DNA of 64,000 nt from Clostridia bacterium (lineage in GTDB: Bacteria; Bacillota; Clostridia; UBA1212; DUPL01), in NCBI GenBank assembly GCA_050951325.1, contig JBMNIW010000001.1, positions 129,229-193,228 of the forward strand, given 5' to 3'. Each line of letters opens with the position of its first letter. The stretch's first letter is position 1. Positions 18,074-28,351 of the stretch are shown here, piece by piece. A program made the translations under genes and the position numbers. Under the pieces are notes generated by a model. The model saw only the letters and a list, made by a program, of their open reading frames with translations, was not told the origin of the DNA and did no database searches.

Positions 18074-21000
18074 TCAGCTTCCTTCTCTCTTCTTTCTCCT
18101 GATATAATGCACAGCTGTGCCGGCCACCACCAAAAGTCCCAAAGCAAGAAGCAAAGGCAAAGTGAAAAACTTATCTTTGACATCAGGATTAACAAGTTCC
18201 TCCTGTGCAATTTCTTCTCTGAACAACAAGGATACAACCTGATATTTTGCATGATTCCACGTTTTTACGCCATCCACTTCAACAGGCTCAATTGTTATCC
18301 TGATTCTGTCCTTTCCCTTTGTATACTTTTCTGGAATCTGAAAGGAATCATCAAGCCACTGGTAATATGGGTTGTTGTCTGCATAGTACCACTTCGCCTC
18401 TTCAACCAAAACATCATCCACATATATATTGGCACAGTGTCTTCCAACTTGCTGGGAGGACGTCCTGTTTAAAATAACACCTCTATTGTTTTTATCAATG
18501 TTTACATAAAAAGATATCCTGCCGTTGAAATCAACATGTATCAACCCTTCTTTGCTATCCGTGTTTATACCGTTGGCATAGGCGGAATAAACAGTTTTAG
18601 TGTCATAGCTTCCTGTAACAGTATAATCATGCTTGTCAAGGGATTCTTTGTCCGAAACATCGATTTCGTCCGTAACCACATATGCCTCCATGCTTTCAGG
18701 CAACATGTATAAAAAGATTTGTCCTGAATGACAGCCAAGCCCCTCGTTGGCACCCCCGTGTTCCAGTTCAAATCTAATGGACTGTTTGAAGTAGTATGAA
18801 TCTCCCAGCATGAGCCTCACCATGGACCAATAGGAGTTGGAGTTGTATGCTCCATTGTATCCGCTGAAGGGATTTGCTTGCGGTGGTGTTACGAATCCCC
18901 ACCCGTAGGAAGCCCAGCTTTCAGAGCCGTCACTTTCAATTTCGGGAGACTTGCGTCCATCAATGAATACCCTAACATCACCTTCGCACCCATTCATGAT
19001 ACCGTACCCGGACATAACACCATAAACCATGTGCCCCGAGCCTTCCACATTTGCAATTACACTGTTTTTTCCCTGTACATTCTCTGTTTTGGGATAGTAC
19101 TCAGAGGAGACAAAATAGCCAGTTTTCTGTTTGTCATACCGGCATACCGAACTGGGAGTAAAACCAATCTCAGCCCAATGTATATCAATATCCCTCATAC
19201 TGCTGTTATTGAGCTCCACCACCGCCCTTTCCCAAAAAGGCATTGGGAAGTAATTGTAACACTTAAGATATTCCCCTAGTTTAAGACTCATTCCAAGCAT
19301 GAGGTGATGGTTTTCACAACCAGACAGGTTGTATTGATTGCCAAAGAAAGTTCCAATTGGAGCTGACACATCACTTTCCTCATGTCCATCCCAATATATT
19401 CTAATCCAAAGATCTTTAAGAACACTGTGAGTTACATTCTCACCTGCAAGGTACAATTTAATAGAAGCAATTGAACCTTCAGCTTTTTTGTCAAAAATCT
19501 TTACAGACTCACCCGCATTAATGGTCAAGCCCTTTATTTCCCTGTATTCATTTTTCTCTGAATACTTTGGATCGTGTGTATGGTTTTCAGCCATGTTTTT
19601 AAGCTTTTCAACACCTATCTCCCTTTTATATACGTTATATGTATCATATTTCACATATGTTATATGACCCCAGCCACCTTCACCTTTGGCTTTATCATGC
19701 CCTTCAAGCTTGATATCCGATGTTACCTTGCAATACTTCTTGAACTCCATAGGTATAAAGCTTCTGACAACCCAGATGGGTCCTCTTCCTCCGTCTTCCG
19801 GCCCCTCATAAATATCTGCAAGCGGCTTGACAAACGGCTCTTTCCTACCAAACTCACTCAGCTTTATCTCATACCTGGGCTCTTTTTCATCATCGAAATA
19901 GAATCTGAAAGTAGGTTCCGGACTTGTAGGGTATCTATGCTGTGTGAAATTGTACAAGCAGCCAGGTCCATACGTCTCCATAAGAACCCATTCTCCCTTT
20001 TCGTCCTGATACATGCCCCAGTCCCAGTCTGCATTATCGCCTGCTTTGGAAATACTGCCTTCATAATTCACCATTGCTGAAAAATCCACAAGAGGCAAGG
20101 CCTGTGGATATACAAGTCTTGAAATCCCCCTCAACGGTACTGTTGGTTGAAACTCGTCAGGCTTGCAACCATTTCCTTCAACATGAAACTCCTCAGGCAA
20201 CAAAATCTCAACTTCAATATCCTTCGGCAATATTTTCCGTATCTCGGAAACATCAAGTGGATAATTGTATATAGTTAAATCTTCAATATAGCCTTCATAA
20301 GGAAAAGTTCCATCAATCAAAGCACCAATACTGGCATCCATTACAGAATCGCTGACATGTCCCGAGACAAAGGATCCGGACTTGACTTTTCCATCCACAT
20401 AAAACATTAAAATTTCTCCATCATAAACAACAGCAAAATGATGCTTCTTTCCATCGGCAATGTTAACACCTGAATAGACGGAGGAATTGAAGTTCATCTC
20501 AGGAGCGTAAAAAGCAAGCTCTCCGTTATTGAGCCAGACTTCATAATGCCCGTTTATTTTATCTCCTTTTGCAAATATAACGGCTATACCGTCTTTTTGA
20601 CTCGTTCTAACAACTCCCGTTATTGAAAAGGAAGAACCAATATTGACATCAAAATTGCTGACAATATGTCTTCCATTATCAGTCCTCTTTAAATCAAGGC
20701 CTTCATCTGCCAAAGTAACAAGCATAGTATTCATACCCTCCTCCTGCCATTCCTGTTTCCTTAAATTATACAACTCATCAATCTGGCTTTCTGTCAAAAC
20801 CTCATTGTAAAAGGCCAGATTTCTTAATTTTCCATTGTACTGATAAGTTCCATCATTAAGCCGTTTGAATGTAAGTTTTGCTGGAATATTCGATATTGTC
20901 CCCGATACTTGTAATTCTTTTAAGACTTCACCATTGTCATAAAACTTGAATATGCCATCACCATACACAACGGTAATATTATGCCATTTTCCATCGTTGA

Positions 21001-21328
21001 CATAATGACCTGAGTATATGGCATCACCATTATTCAACTCCGGTGCATAGAATGCAAGCTCACCGTTATAAAGCCAAACCTCAAAATGGCCTTCCGCTTT
21101 ATCATTCTTGGCAAACAGCACCTGGCAGTAATTATCCTGCGGACTTCCTGCCGATGTAGTCTGCATGTCAAAATTAATGGAAAACCTGTCGCCTGGTGTA
21201 TAAACAAAGTCTTCAACATCTTCCAGGCGTTCTTTAAAGAAAAAAGATGTATCAGGCAGAGTTAATGCAACAAACAGTAGTATAAAACACAGTCTTTTTA
21301 TGCAAATGTAAATATGGTCTAAAAACAT
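18074..21328 (-). CDS. C-terminally anchored exoprotein: 2x LamG/concanavalin-like domains plus a DUF2961-like (GH172-like) domain.
   Basis: Two repeats GHFEVWLYNGELAFYAPE / GHYEVWLNNGELAFYAPE. DUF2961-like motifs LWIRIYWDGHE..GTFFGNQYN, GDVRVFIDG, YFKQSIRFELEHGGAN. Tail FFTLPLLLALGLLVVAGTAVHYIRRKKREGS. ATG 21328 used instead of the ORF-track TTG. Confidence 0.7.
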   Translation of the reverse strand: MFLDHIYICIKRLCFILLFVALTLPDTSFFFKERLEDVEDFVYTPGDRFSINFDMQTTSAGSPQDNYCQVLFAKNDKAEGHFEVWLYNGELAFYAPELNNGDAIYSGHYVNDGKWHNITVVYGDGIFKFYDNGEVLKELQVSGTISNIPAKLTFKRLNDGTYQYNGKLRNLAFYNEVLTESQIDELYNLRKQEWQEEGMNTMLVTLADEGLDLKRTDNGRHIVSNFDVNIGSSFSITGVVRTSQKDGIAVIFAKGDKINGHYEVWLNNGELAFYAPEMNFNSSVYSGVNIADGKKHHFAVVYDGEILMFYVDGKVKSGSFVSGHVSDSVMDASIGALIDGTFPYEGYIEDLTIYNYPLDVSEIRKILPKDIEVEILLPEEFHVEGNGCKPDEFQPTVPLRGISRLVYPQALPLVDFSAMVNYEGSISKAGDNADWDWGMYQDEKGEWVLMETYGPGCLYNFTQHRYPTSPEPTFRFYFDDEKEPRYEIKLSEFGRKEPFVKPLADIYEGPEDGGRGPIWVVRSFIPMEFKKYCKVTSDIKLEGHDKAKGEGGWGHITYVKYDTYNVYKREIGVEKLKNMAENHTHDPKYSEKNEYREIKGLTINAGESVKIFDKKAEGSIASIKLYLAGENVTHSVLKDLWIRIYWDGHEESDVSAPIGTFFGNQYNLSGCENHHLMLGMSLKLGEYLKCYNYFPMPFWERAVVELNNSSMRDIDIHWAEIGFTPSSVCRYDKQKTGYFVSSEYYPKTENVQGKNSVIANVEGSGHMVYGVMSGYGIMNGCEGDVRVFIDGRKSPEIESDGSESWASYGWGFVTPPQANPFSGYNGAYNSNSYWSMVRLMLGDSYYFKQSIRFELEHGGANEGLGCHSGQIFLYMLPESMEAYVVTDEIDVSDKESLDKHDYTVTGSYDTKTVYSAYANGINTDSKEGLIHVDFNGRISFYVNIDKNNRGVILNRTSSQQVGRHCANIYVDDVLVEEAKWYYADNNPYYQWLDDSFQIPEKYTKGKDRIRITIEPVEVDGVKTWNHAKYQVVSLLFREEIAQEELVNPDVKDKFFTLPLLLALGLLVVAGTAVHYIRRKKREGS

Positions 21329-21346
21329 GGACAAATCGCTCAAGTA

Positions 21347-23296
21347 CTACTCTTTGGATATGAATAGGACCGCAGCCATTCTCTTTTCAGGGAGAGTGAT
21401 TGTAAAGCCTTCTGCCAAGTCGCTTCCCTTGACACTTTTGGCAGAATTCCTGCCATCCATATCAATAACGGTGTAATATTTGTCCATTTCAACACCTCTA
21501 ACCCTTATCGTTACTGATTCGTCTTCACACCTTTCCTGTCTGAAGGCCTGAATTACACCTTCCTGGGTAGTCGGATTAATGAACATATATACTGTCCACT
21601 TGTCGGTTTCATGCTCTGGATGCCATGGTGTAAGCACATAAAAATCATCGTAGAAATACTTTTTAACCTGCAGCCATTCATTTTGCGCCTGCCTTAACGT
21701 ATCATAATCCAGGTCCTTGTCCTGTGTATATTCAAATCCGTAGTTGAGTATGGGGAGGTAGGAAGCCCTTAAAACATAAATATCAGGCTTTCCGGCGGTC
21801 AATTGCTCTGTAGTTTCCTTGGTTGAAGCTCCACAGCAGGGTATCCACTGCATGAAGGACGTGGTCATGGCAAGTCTCAAACCTGTACTTGTTCTGTCGC
21901 TGTCGCTTCTTAGAAAAGGCACTGCCCTTCTCATGGACTCAAGATCATTGCGGCCTCCTCCACTGGCACAGGAGTCAATGAAAGGAAGCTTGTTTGCTCT
22001 TTTGCAGTAAGTGATAATATTGTCCCACAACCTGTAGTGACCTTGTATGTATAGATTTTCGGTAATTCCGTGTCTTTGTCCTTCTTCTTTGCCATCTCCC
22101 ACAGCCCACAGGCCTGCAGGATCGCAGTTGAAGTCCTCTCTGTACATATGCACGCCATGCTCATCCATCGTGCCAGTTATTCTGTCTGTCAAATATTCAA
22201 CACATTCCGGCAATGCAAGGTTTGCCAACATAACAGGGCCGCCGTTTGCCAATATCCATTCCTTTTTGAATCCATGATTCTTTGAAAGAGCTTCCACATT
22301 CGTTACCCTTTCAGGCTCGAACCACATCATGGTCTTTGCTCCTCGTTCATCTGCGTATTCAATGGACTCTCTGAAACTATCTCCCGGCCATTTTTCCCTA
22401 TCAAGAATCCAGGTACCCACAGTACCCCACCAGTCCGTTGGCACCGAATTATTCTCAGGGTCTACGTACCAGCCCGCATCCACCCATCTAATATCCATAT
22501 GCAGTCCTTCTGCGTAATATTTTTCCATGGAGGGTTTCCAGCTGCCGTAATATTCGGATATGCTGCCATCACTGTTCGGCCTTCCCGTATCAAGAGCAAG
22601 CCAGTTCGTAATCATAGGCTTTACAGGCGGCATATTGTATTTTACAAACCATCTGCGCCACAAATTCATTGCCTTTTCCGTATCTCTAACGATATCCGAC
22701 GACATTGTCAAAACAAGAGGAGTCCTTATCTTCTCACCTGGTTTTAGATATGTACAAAGGTTGTTAACTCCCTTGGCAATGAATCTTGCTCCTTCGTCTT
22801 CATATCGAAAACTTGCCGACCAGGTGCCTGCCCAACCAAGAGCCATGAAGTTCGAACCATTATCCGTCTCCAGCAAAAAGTATGGAAAGACAACATGGGT
22901 GGCTCTCCCCGTTTCCTGTTTGAAACTTGCCTCTTCCTCTTTAAGATTGATTTTATATGGTTTGTACTGGTGTATATGGTCTCCCAGTATTCCTTTCAAT
23001 ACAGGATTTCCACCCTGTATTTTCATGTCAGCACAGAAAAGTTCGGAGAACACTTTTGTATTTGCATCACCCTTGTTCTCAAACCAGACAGTGTAGCCAA
23101 AAGCATTGAATTCCTTGTTGTATTCTGTTTGCACAACAATATCGATGTTGTCCAAAAACCTAAATACATACTCTTCATATACAACATTGTCAACAATACT
23201 TCCTTTTTCCGAAATCAAATCAAAGTCATCAACTCCAAAATATTGATTGCCATCATATTTAAAGCTTGTCTTGACATCCGAAAGTCCCTTTTTCAT
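21347..23296 (-). CDS. GH36-family alpha-galactosidase-like enzyme, cytoplasmic.
   Basis: Motifs MMWFEPERV and DSCASGGGRND. No signal peptide. Start set to ATG 23296, which follows AGGAGGAAGAAAA. Confidence 0.85.
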   Translation of the reverse strand: MKKGLSDVKTSFKYDGNQYFGVDDFDLISEKGSIVDNVVYEEYVFRFLDNIDIVVQTEYNKEFNAFGYTVWFENKGDANTKVFSELFCADMKIQGGNPVLKGILGDHIHQYKPYKINLKEEEASFKQETGRATHVVFPYFLLETDNGSNFMALGWAGTWSASFRYEDEGARFIAKGVNNLCTYLKPGEKIRTPLVLTMSSDIVRDTEKAMNLWRRWFVKYNMPPVKPMITNWLALDTGRPNSDGSISEYYGSWKPSMEKYYAEGLHMDIRWVDAGWYVDPENNSVPTDWWGTVGTWILDREKWPGDSFRESIEYADERGAKTMMWFEPERVTNVEALSKNHGFKKEWILANGGPVMLANLALPECVEYLTDRITGTMDEHGVHMYREDFNCDPAGLWAVGDGKEEGQRHGITENLYIQGHYRLWDNIITYCKRANKLPFIDSCASGGGRNDLESMRRAVPFLRSDSDRTSTGLRLAMTTSFMQWIPCCGASTKETTEQLTAGKPDIYVLRASYLPILNYGFEYTQDKDLDYDTLRQAQNEWLQVKKYFYDDFYVLTPWHPEHETDKWTVYMFINPTTQEGVIQAFRQERCEDESVTIRVRGVEMDKYYTVIDMDGRNSAKSVKGSDLAEGFTITLPEKRMAAVLFISKE

Positions 23297-23494
23297 TTTT
23301 CTTCCTCCTACATTTTGCTGCAGTAATTGTACCATACATGTTCCGAAAAGTATAACGAATATTATGTCCTTTCCAAAATTTATAATGAAATAAAAAGAGG
23401 GGTATGTATAATGTAAATACTGTGATAAAATAAACACAATGGATTAAGTTGCACTGAAAACTGATTTTGATAACCAGAATTATGGAGGGAAACC

Positions 23495-25759
23495 ATGATA
23501 AGAATAATAATTAGACTTACCAGCCTGTTTCTTTTGTCCGCTTGTCTTGCTTCCTTCATTGGGTGCGGGAAGATAACAAGCCCGATAGATAAAAGGAGTA
23601 TTGCATTAATTGACAACAATGTAAAGTATGATCCAGAGGTGATACCAATAGATTGGAGCAAGTTTGATATTAAACCATTGACAGAAGAGCTGGCGGATGG
23701 AACAATATATCTAATCAGAAATGGAACCAAGTACATAGTTAATGACTGGTGGAACAGAGTTTGGAGATTCAGCCTGCAGGATTCAAAAGAATACCTTGCA
23801 ATGACCGGCAGAAACGAACATGACATAAGGCCTTTGACGCATATGGCGCTTACCTTGTCTTCCAGCATTGCCTTAGGAATATATGATGAATCTGTGACAG
23901 GAGTTTCAAAGGAAAATGCCAAAAACATGGCGATGAAACTTACAAAATCCGTTGCAAAAGCTCACTACTCAAATACAGAGGGCGGTTGGGGCAATGCCTG
24001 GCAGAGTGCTTTATGGGCATTCGATGTTGCCCTGGCAGGTTGGCTGTTTTGGGAGGAATTTAGCGAAAAGGATCGTGAATATATTCAAAACTGCGTAGTA
24101 ACGGAAGCAAACAGATTTATTGAATATACAGTGCCCTACTACAGGGATAAAAGTGGGAAAATAAGATTTCCTGGCGACTCAAAGGCTGAAGAAAACGCAT
24201 GGAATTCAAATATTTTGTCAATTGCCTGCGCCATGATGCCAAACCATGAAAACTACAACGCCTGGATGTACAAGAATGTGGAACTTATGCTTTCAGCCTT
24301 CGCAAGGCCAAGTGACGCAGACTCATCAAAAACCGTGAGCGGTTTTGTTCTTAAGTACCTGCTGGAAGGTTCAAATGTAAATGAAGATGGAACTGTAATC
24401 AACCACAACATAGTGCATCCGGATTACCAGGCCACGGTAGCTCTCAATCTTTTGAACGGGATTAGCTTTGCGCTGGCAAATACAAAAATACCTGAAGCTG
24501 TTGTCTTCAATGGAGATGTGATCTATGAGACCTTTGTAAACCTTGACCTTAAAGATATAAACAATAGCATGGCAAGTCAGTACATATACAAAAGGAAGAA
24601 TGACGGAAGCGCATCCCATGAAATAAACTATCCGAATGGAACAGACTGGGGTACAGACAGGCAGATATGTTTCTTCCTGGTGGATGTCTTTGCCGATGCA
24701 CTGAATCTTGACAAAAACTGTAAGATCAAGGCCAAAGACTTTGCACTGGCAAGACTTCCTGTTATGAAGGCAATGCAGGACAGAAATGACAACGGCCAAT
24801 ACTACACCGCCTCAGACAGCGACAAGTACAAGAGTCGTGAGGAATGGGTCATGTGGCATGCTACCTTGTCCTACATGGCATTGTGGGTAAAAGAAAACAA
24901 TCTGTTTGTTTTTGACAAGGAACTGCCCTTAAAACCCGCACCGCTTAATGAAGTTAAGCTTGAGATACCGCATGTCCTGCAATCTGGCACCACAAGCAAG
25001 GCAACTTATTCACTGAATCCAGGATTGGTTATTCTTCCTGATGATTTGAAAATAGCATACTCATCCAGCGACAAGGATATAGTATCCATAACGAATACTG
25101 GTACTGTATATGTAAAAAAGGAAGGAAAGGTCACAATTTCAATAACTGTCACATACAAGGACATAGTTGTTTCAGACAGCGTCGAAATAGAGGTGGTCAA
25201 AGACAAGAAACCCATTTACGACTTTGAGGACCTGCCGCTTGGCAACACCCTTCCTTTGGACTTTAGGTGGAACAATGTGGGCAATGCGGAAGTTGTTCAG
25301 GAAGATAACGGAAACAAAGCACTAAGACTTTCAGGTGCTGGATACAACTACATTTTCATAGGTGATGATTTTGAAGAAGACTTTACTGTAACTTTTAGAT
25401 TTAAGATGGAATCCCACCAGCAAAAAGGAGGGGCGCATCTTCTTTTCCGGGAAGATGACCTTTTGTTTACTGGACGTAATGGATACCAGTTCTGCATAGG
25501 CGACACAATGAATGGAGAATACGGACTTGAGCTTAGAAAACGCGATACCAGTCTTTCCGACAACAAGTATGCCGCCTGCGAGCTTGACTATGAGTGGCAC
25601 GACTTTGAGATAAGCATGGTTGGAAACAAGGTAACATTAAAAATGGATGGAGAGGAAGCCATGACCCATACTCTGACAGGATTTGATAAAGGCTGCATTG
25701 CCATTGCATCTTATCTGGATACCGTACTGTTTGACGATATATTGATAACTCTGCATTAA
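23495..25759 (+). CDS. Lipoprotein: unassigned Trp-rich ~440-aa domain, Big_2 domain and C-terminal DUF1080/LamG-like domain.
   Basis: Lipobox LLSAC. Core motifs NDWWNRVW, HYSNTEGGWGNAWQSALWAFDVALAGWLFW, NHNIVHPDYQAT, YPNGTDWGTDRQICFF, EEWVMWHATLSYMALW. Big_2-like segment LNPGLVILPDDLKIAYSSSDKDIVSI. Confidence 0.7.
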   Translation: MIRIIIRLTSLFLLSACLASFIGCGKITSPIDKRSIALIDNNVKYDPEVIPIDWSKFDIKPLTEELADGTIYLIRNGTKYIVNDWWNRVWRFSLQDSKEYLAMTGRNEHDIRPLTHMALTLSSSIALGIYDESVTGVSKENAKNMAMKLTKSVAKAHYSNTEGGWGNAWQSALWAFDVALAGWLFWEEFSEKDREYIQNCVVTEANRFIEYTVPYYRDKSGKIRFPGDSKAEENAWNSNILSIACAMMPNHENYNAWMYKNVELMLSAFARPSDADSSKTVSGFVLKYLLEGSNVNEDGTVINHNIVHPDYQATVALNLLNGISFALANTKIPEAVVFNGDVIYETFVNLDLKDINNSMASQYIYKRKNDGSASHEINYPNGTDWGTDRQICFFLVDVFADALNLDKNCKIKAKDFALARLPVMKAMQDRNDNGQYYTASDSDKYKSREEWVMWHATLSYMALWVKENNLFVFDKELPLKPAPLNEVKLEIPHVLQSGTTSKATYSLNPGLVILPDDLKIAYSSSDKDIVSITNTGTVYVKKEGKVTISITVTYKDIVVSDSVEIEVVKDKKPIYDFEDLPLGNTLPLDFRWNNVGNAEVVQEDNGNKALRLSGAGYNYIFIGDDFEEDFTVTFRFKMESHQQKGGAHLLFREDDLLFTGRNGYQFCIGDTMNGEYGLELRKRDTSLSDNKYAACELDYEWHDFEISMVGNKVTLKMDGEEAMTHTLTGFDKGCIAIASYLDTVLFDDILITLH

Positions 25760-25761
25760 TA

Positions 25762-25790
25762 AAGCGGTGGGAAACCCACCGCCTTTTTTA
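25762..25790. terminator. Bidirectional intrinsic terminator.
   Basis: GCGGUGGG-AAA-CCCACCGC followed by CUUUUUUAU. Confidence 0.7.
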
Positions 25791-25792
25791 TG

Positions 25793-26560
25793 TCATATTG
25801 CAGTCCATCCTCCATCTATAGACAGAAGCTGACCTGTTGTGTAGCTTGATGCATCGGAAGCAAAGTAAACAATTGCACCATCAAGTTCTCCATCTCTTCC
25901 TGGCCTTCCCATGGGACAATACGTTTTTACAACCTGTGCAAAGCCTTCATCATTAAGAACATCATCCGTCATTTCACTGGGGAAGTATGCAGGTCCTATC
26001 GCATTAACCGTGATGTTGTACTTTGCCCACTCATTTGCAAGAGCCTTTGTCATCATTTCAACTCCACCCTTTGAGGTGCAGTATGCACTGATTGGCAGCC
26101 CCGGCATGGCTACAGTGCTGTGTATCGATCCAACATTTATAATCTTTCCATACTTCTTCTCAATCATAACCTTGCCAACCTCGCGGGCAAAATAATATAC
26201 GCCGTTTACATTGACATTCATTACCCACTCCCAAGTATCATCGGACTGGGTTTCCGCAGGTTCCGCAGCGCCAACACCAGCATTGTTCACAAGAATATCT
26301 ATTGTTCCAAAGTAATCAACTATCTCTTTAACCGCAGCCTTGATTTCCTCTACATTGGAGACATCGCATTTTACCGCCAGGCTTTTTACTCCCAATGCTT
26401 CTATCTCCTTCTTCACATCGTTCAGCCTTTCAACTCTCCTTGCAACCAAGGCAACATTTGCGCCCTGTCTTGCCAATGCTTTTGCAAACTGGACTCCCAG
26501 ACCCGAAGAAGCTCCTGTAACGACTGCAACCTTGTTTGTCAAATCAAATAATCCTGCCAT
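25793..26560 (-). CDS. Short-chain dehydrogenase/reductase (KduD / gluconate-5-DH-like).
   Basis: TGASSGLG, NNAG, catalytic YCTSK. RBS AAAAGGAGAG. Confidence 0.9.
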   Translation of the reverse strand: MAGLFDLTNKVAVVTGASSGLGVQFAKALARQGANVALVARRVERLNDVKKEIEALGVKSLAVKCDVSNVEEIKAAVKEIVDYFGTIDILVNNAGVGAAEPAETQSDDTWEWVMNVNVNGVYYFAREVGKVMIEKKYGKIINVGSIHSTVAMPGLPISAYCTSKGGVEMMTKALANEWAKYNITVNAIGPAYFPSEMTDDVLNDEGFAQVVKTYCPMGRPGRDGELDGAIVYFASDASSYTTGQLLSIDGGWTAI

Positions 26561-26824
26561 ATTATACTCTCCTTTTCATAAATATTACTTATATAATTTG
26601 TCCTAACTCCCTAATTTATGCCATCTCCTACAATTGTTATAGGAAATGACTTTGACAACATTTTAACAAAATAATATATCCAGTGCAAATATTTTTAGTG
26701 AAGTTTTTATGAATTCAAAAAGAGTTCCGATTATTACACCCAAATTAATAAATATGGTTTAAAATTGGAAGAGTAACCACTTAATATAGTGTAAAATATT
26801 CGAAACAGCTTATGAGGTGAAACA

Positions 26825-28192
26825 ATGAACAAAAATTCATGTCTGTTATCATTAAAAAATTCAAATGTAGTTCCTATTGACTGGAGCAACTTGAACACCA
26901 AACCTTTAACCGGCGAGATGACAGAAGGAATAATAAATATTATTAACAATGGAAATAAATTTATTGTGAATGACTGGTGGAACAAGGTCTGGAATTTTAA
27001 TGACGATAACCATAAAGAATACCTGACAATGAAAGGTAACAAAGAACATAGCATAAGACCACTAACCCATATGTCACTGGCATTATCCGCAAGCATTGCA
27101 CTAAACATATATGATGAAAATACAACCGGAGTATCAGTAAAAGATGCTAAAGATATGGCTGTAAAGCTGATAAAATCCGTCGCAAAAGCCCATTACTCAA
27201 ACACTCCTGAAGGTTGGGGAAATGCATGGCAAAGTGCGTATTGGGCAGCAGATGTAGCTCTTGCTAGTTGGTTTTTTTGGGATAATTTTAGCAAAGAAGA
27301 TCAAAAATACATTCAAAACTGCATAGTAACCGAAGCCAATAGATTTATTGATTACATTGTCCCCTATTATATGGACAGAAAAGGAAATATACTGTTTCCA
27401 GGCGACTCAAAAGCGGAAGAAAACGCCTGGAATTCCAACATACTTTCTGCAGCTTGCGCCATGATGCCCAATCACGAAAACTATAACTTATGGATGTATA
27501 AGAACATGGAGCTTATACTTTCGGCCTTTGCAAGACCAAGCGATACGTTAAGGGATATCGAAATAAACGGCTTTAGGCTTAATGAATTTCTTAAAGGTTC
27601 CAACATCAATGAAGATGGCACCGTGGTCAACCACAACATCATTCACCCGGATTACCAGGCAACCATGGCCGTAAAACTTCTAAATGGTGTCTACTTTGCC
27701 TTCGGAAAGCAGAAAGTACCGCAAGCAGTCGTTTTCAACGGAGATGTTATATACGAAAGCTTTGTCAACCTTGATTTGAAAGACCTGAACAAGGACATGG
27801 CAGGACAGTATATTTACAAAAGAAAGCATGACGGGAGCGCTTCCCACGAAATAAATTACCCAAATGGTACCGACTGGGGAACCGACAGACAAATATGTTT
27901 CTTCCTTATGGATGTGTATGCAGATATGCTGAAGCTGGATAAAAACTTGCCGGTAAAAGCAAAAGACTTTGCTCTTGCAAGACTGCCCGTGATGAAAGCC
28001 ATGCAAAGCAGAACGGAAAATGGACAGTACTACCTGTCTACAGATAGCGACAGATACAGAAGCCGGGAGGAATGGGTTATGTGGCATGCAATTCACTCCT
28101 ACATGGCTTTATGGGTAGGAGAAAACGGCATGTATAACATTACCAACGAAAGTCCTTTCAAACCAGATATGCCATCACAGGATACACCTTAG
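26825..28192 (+). CDS. Cytoplasmic (signal-less) paralogue of the Trp-rich domain family; domain only.
   Basis: Same motifs (NDWWNKVW, HYSNTPEGWGNAWQSAYWAADVALASWFFW, NHNIIHPDYQAT). Starts MNKNSCLLSL after GAGGTGA. No lipobox or hydrophobic N-terminus. Confidence 0.65.
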   Translation: MNKNSCLLSLKNSNVVPIDWSNLNTKPLTGEMTEGIINIINNGNKFIVNDWWNKVWNFNDDNHKEYLTMKGNKEHSIRPLTHMSLALSASIALNIYDENTTGVSVKDAKDMAVKLIKSVAKAHYSNTPEGWGNAWQSAYWAADVALASWFFWDNFSKEDQKYIQNCIVTEANRFIDYIVPYYMDRKGNILFPGDSKAEENAWNSNILSAACAMMPNHENYNLWMYKNMELILSAFARPSDTLRDIEINGFRLNEFLKGSNINEDGTVVNHNIIHPDYQATMAVKLLNGVYFAFGKQKVPQAVVFNGDVIYESFVNLDLKDLNKDMAGQYIYKRKHDGSASHEINYPNGTDWGTDRQICFFLMDVYADMLKLDKNLPVKAKDFALARLPVMKAMQSRTENGQYYLSTDSDRYRSREEWVMWHAIHSYMALWVGENGMYNITNESPFKPDMPSQDTP

Positions 28193-28238
28193 CTTAACTT
28201 AACTTCACCTCCTGTGTATATTATACCTACAGTTGGTT

Positions 28239-28272
28239 AAAGCGATGGGAAAATTTCTCCCATCGCTTTAAC
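28239..28272. terminator. Bidirectional terminator hairpin.
   Basis: AAAGCGAUGGGA-7 nt-UCCCAUCGCUUU (12-bp stem). Confidence 0.55.
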
Positions 28273-28296
28273 CTGCAGCTCTACACGATATTTTAA

Positions 28297-28350
28297 TAAT
28301 TTGTAGTTATTTGTTGAACACTTCAATCTCACCAAGCTCCTGAAACTCTG
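28297..28350 (-). other. Detached native 3' end (last ~17 codons plus stop) of the GH-like gene 30442..32301, separated from it by the IS200/IS605 insertion.
   Basis: Minus frame encodes ...AGFSHAEFQELGEIEVFNK*. This aligns with the C-terminus of paralogue 6907..9168 (TTGYLFQLAEFEVYKSD). Confidence 0.5.
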
Positions 28351-28351
28351 C

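Noticed and set aside
17959-18252. 97-aa minus-strand ORF upstream of the short AraC gene.
   Set aside because: Overlaps the 3' end of the 1089-aa gene in another frame. The translation is Cys/Trp-rich junk. Not an N-terminal domain of the AraC.
26734-27108. 124-aa minus-strand ORF overlapping the start of 26825..28192.
   Set aside because: Antisense to a conserved paralogue. No RBS.
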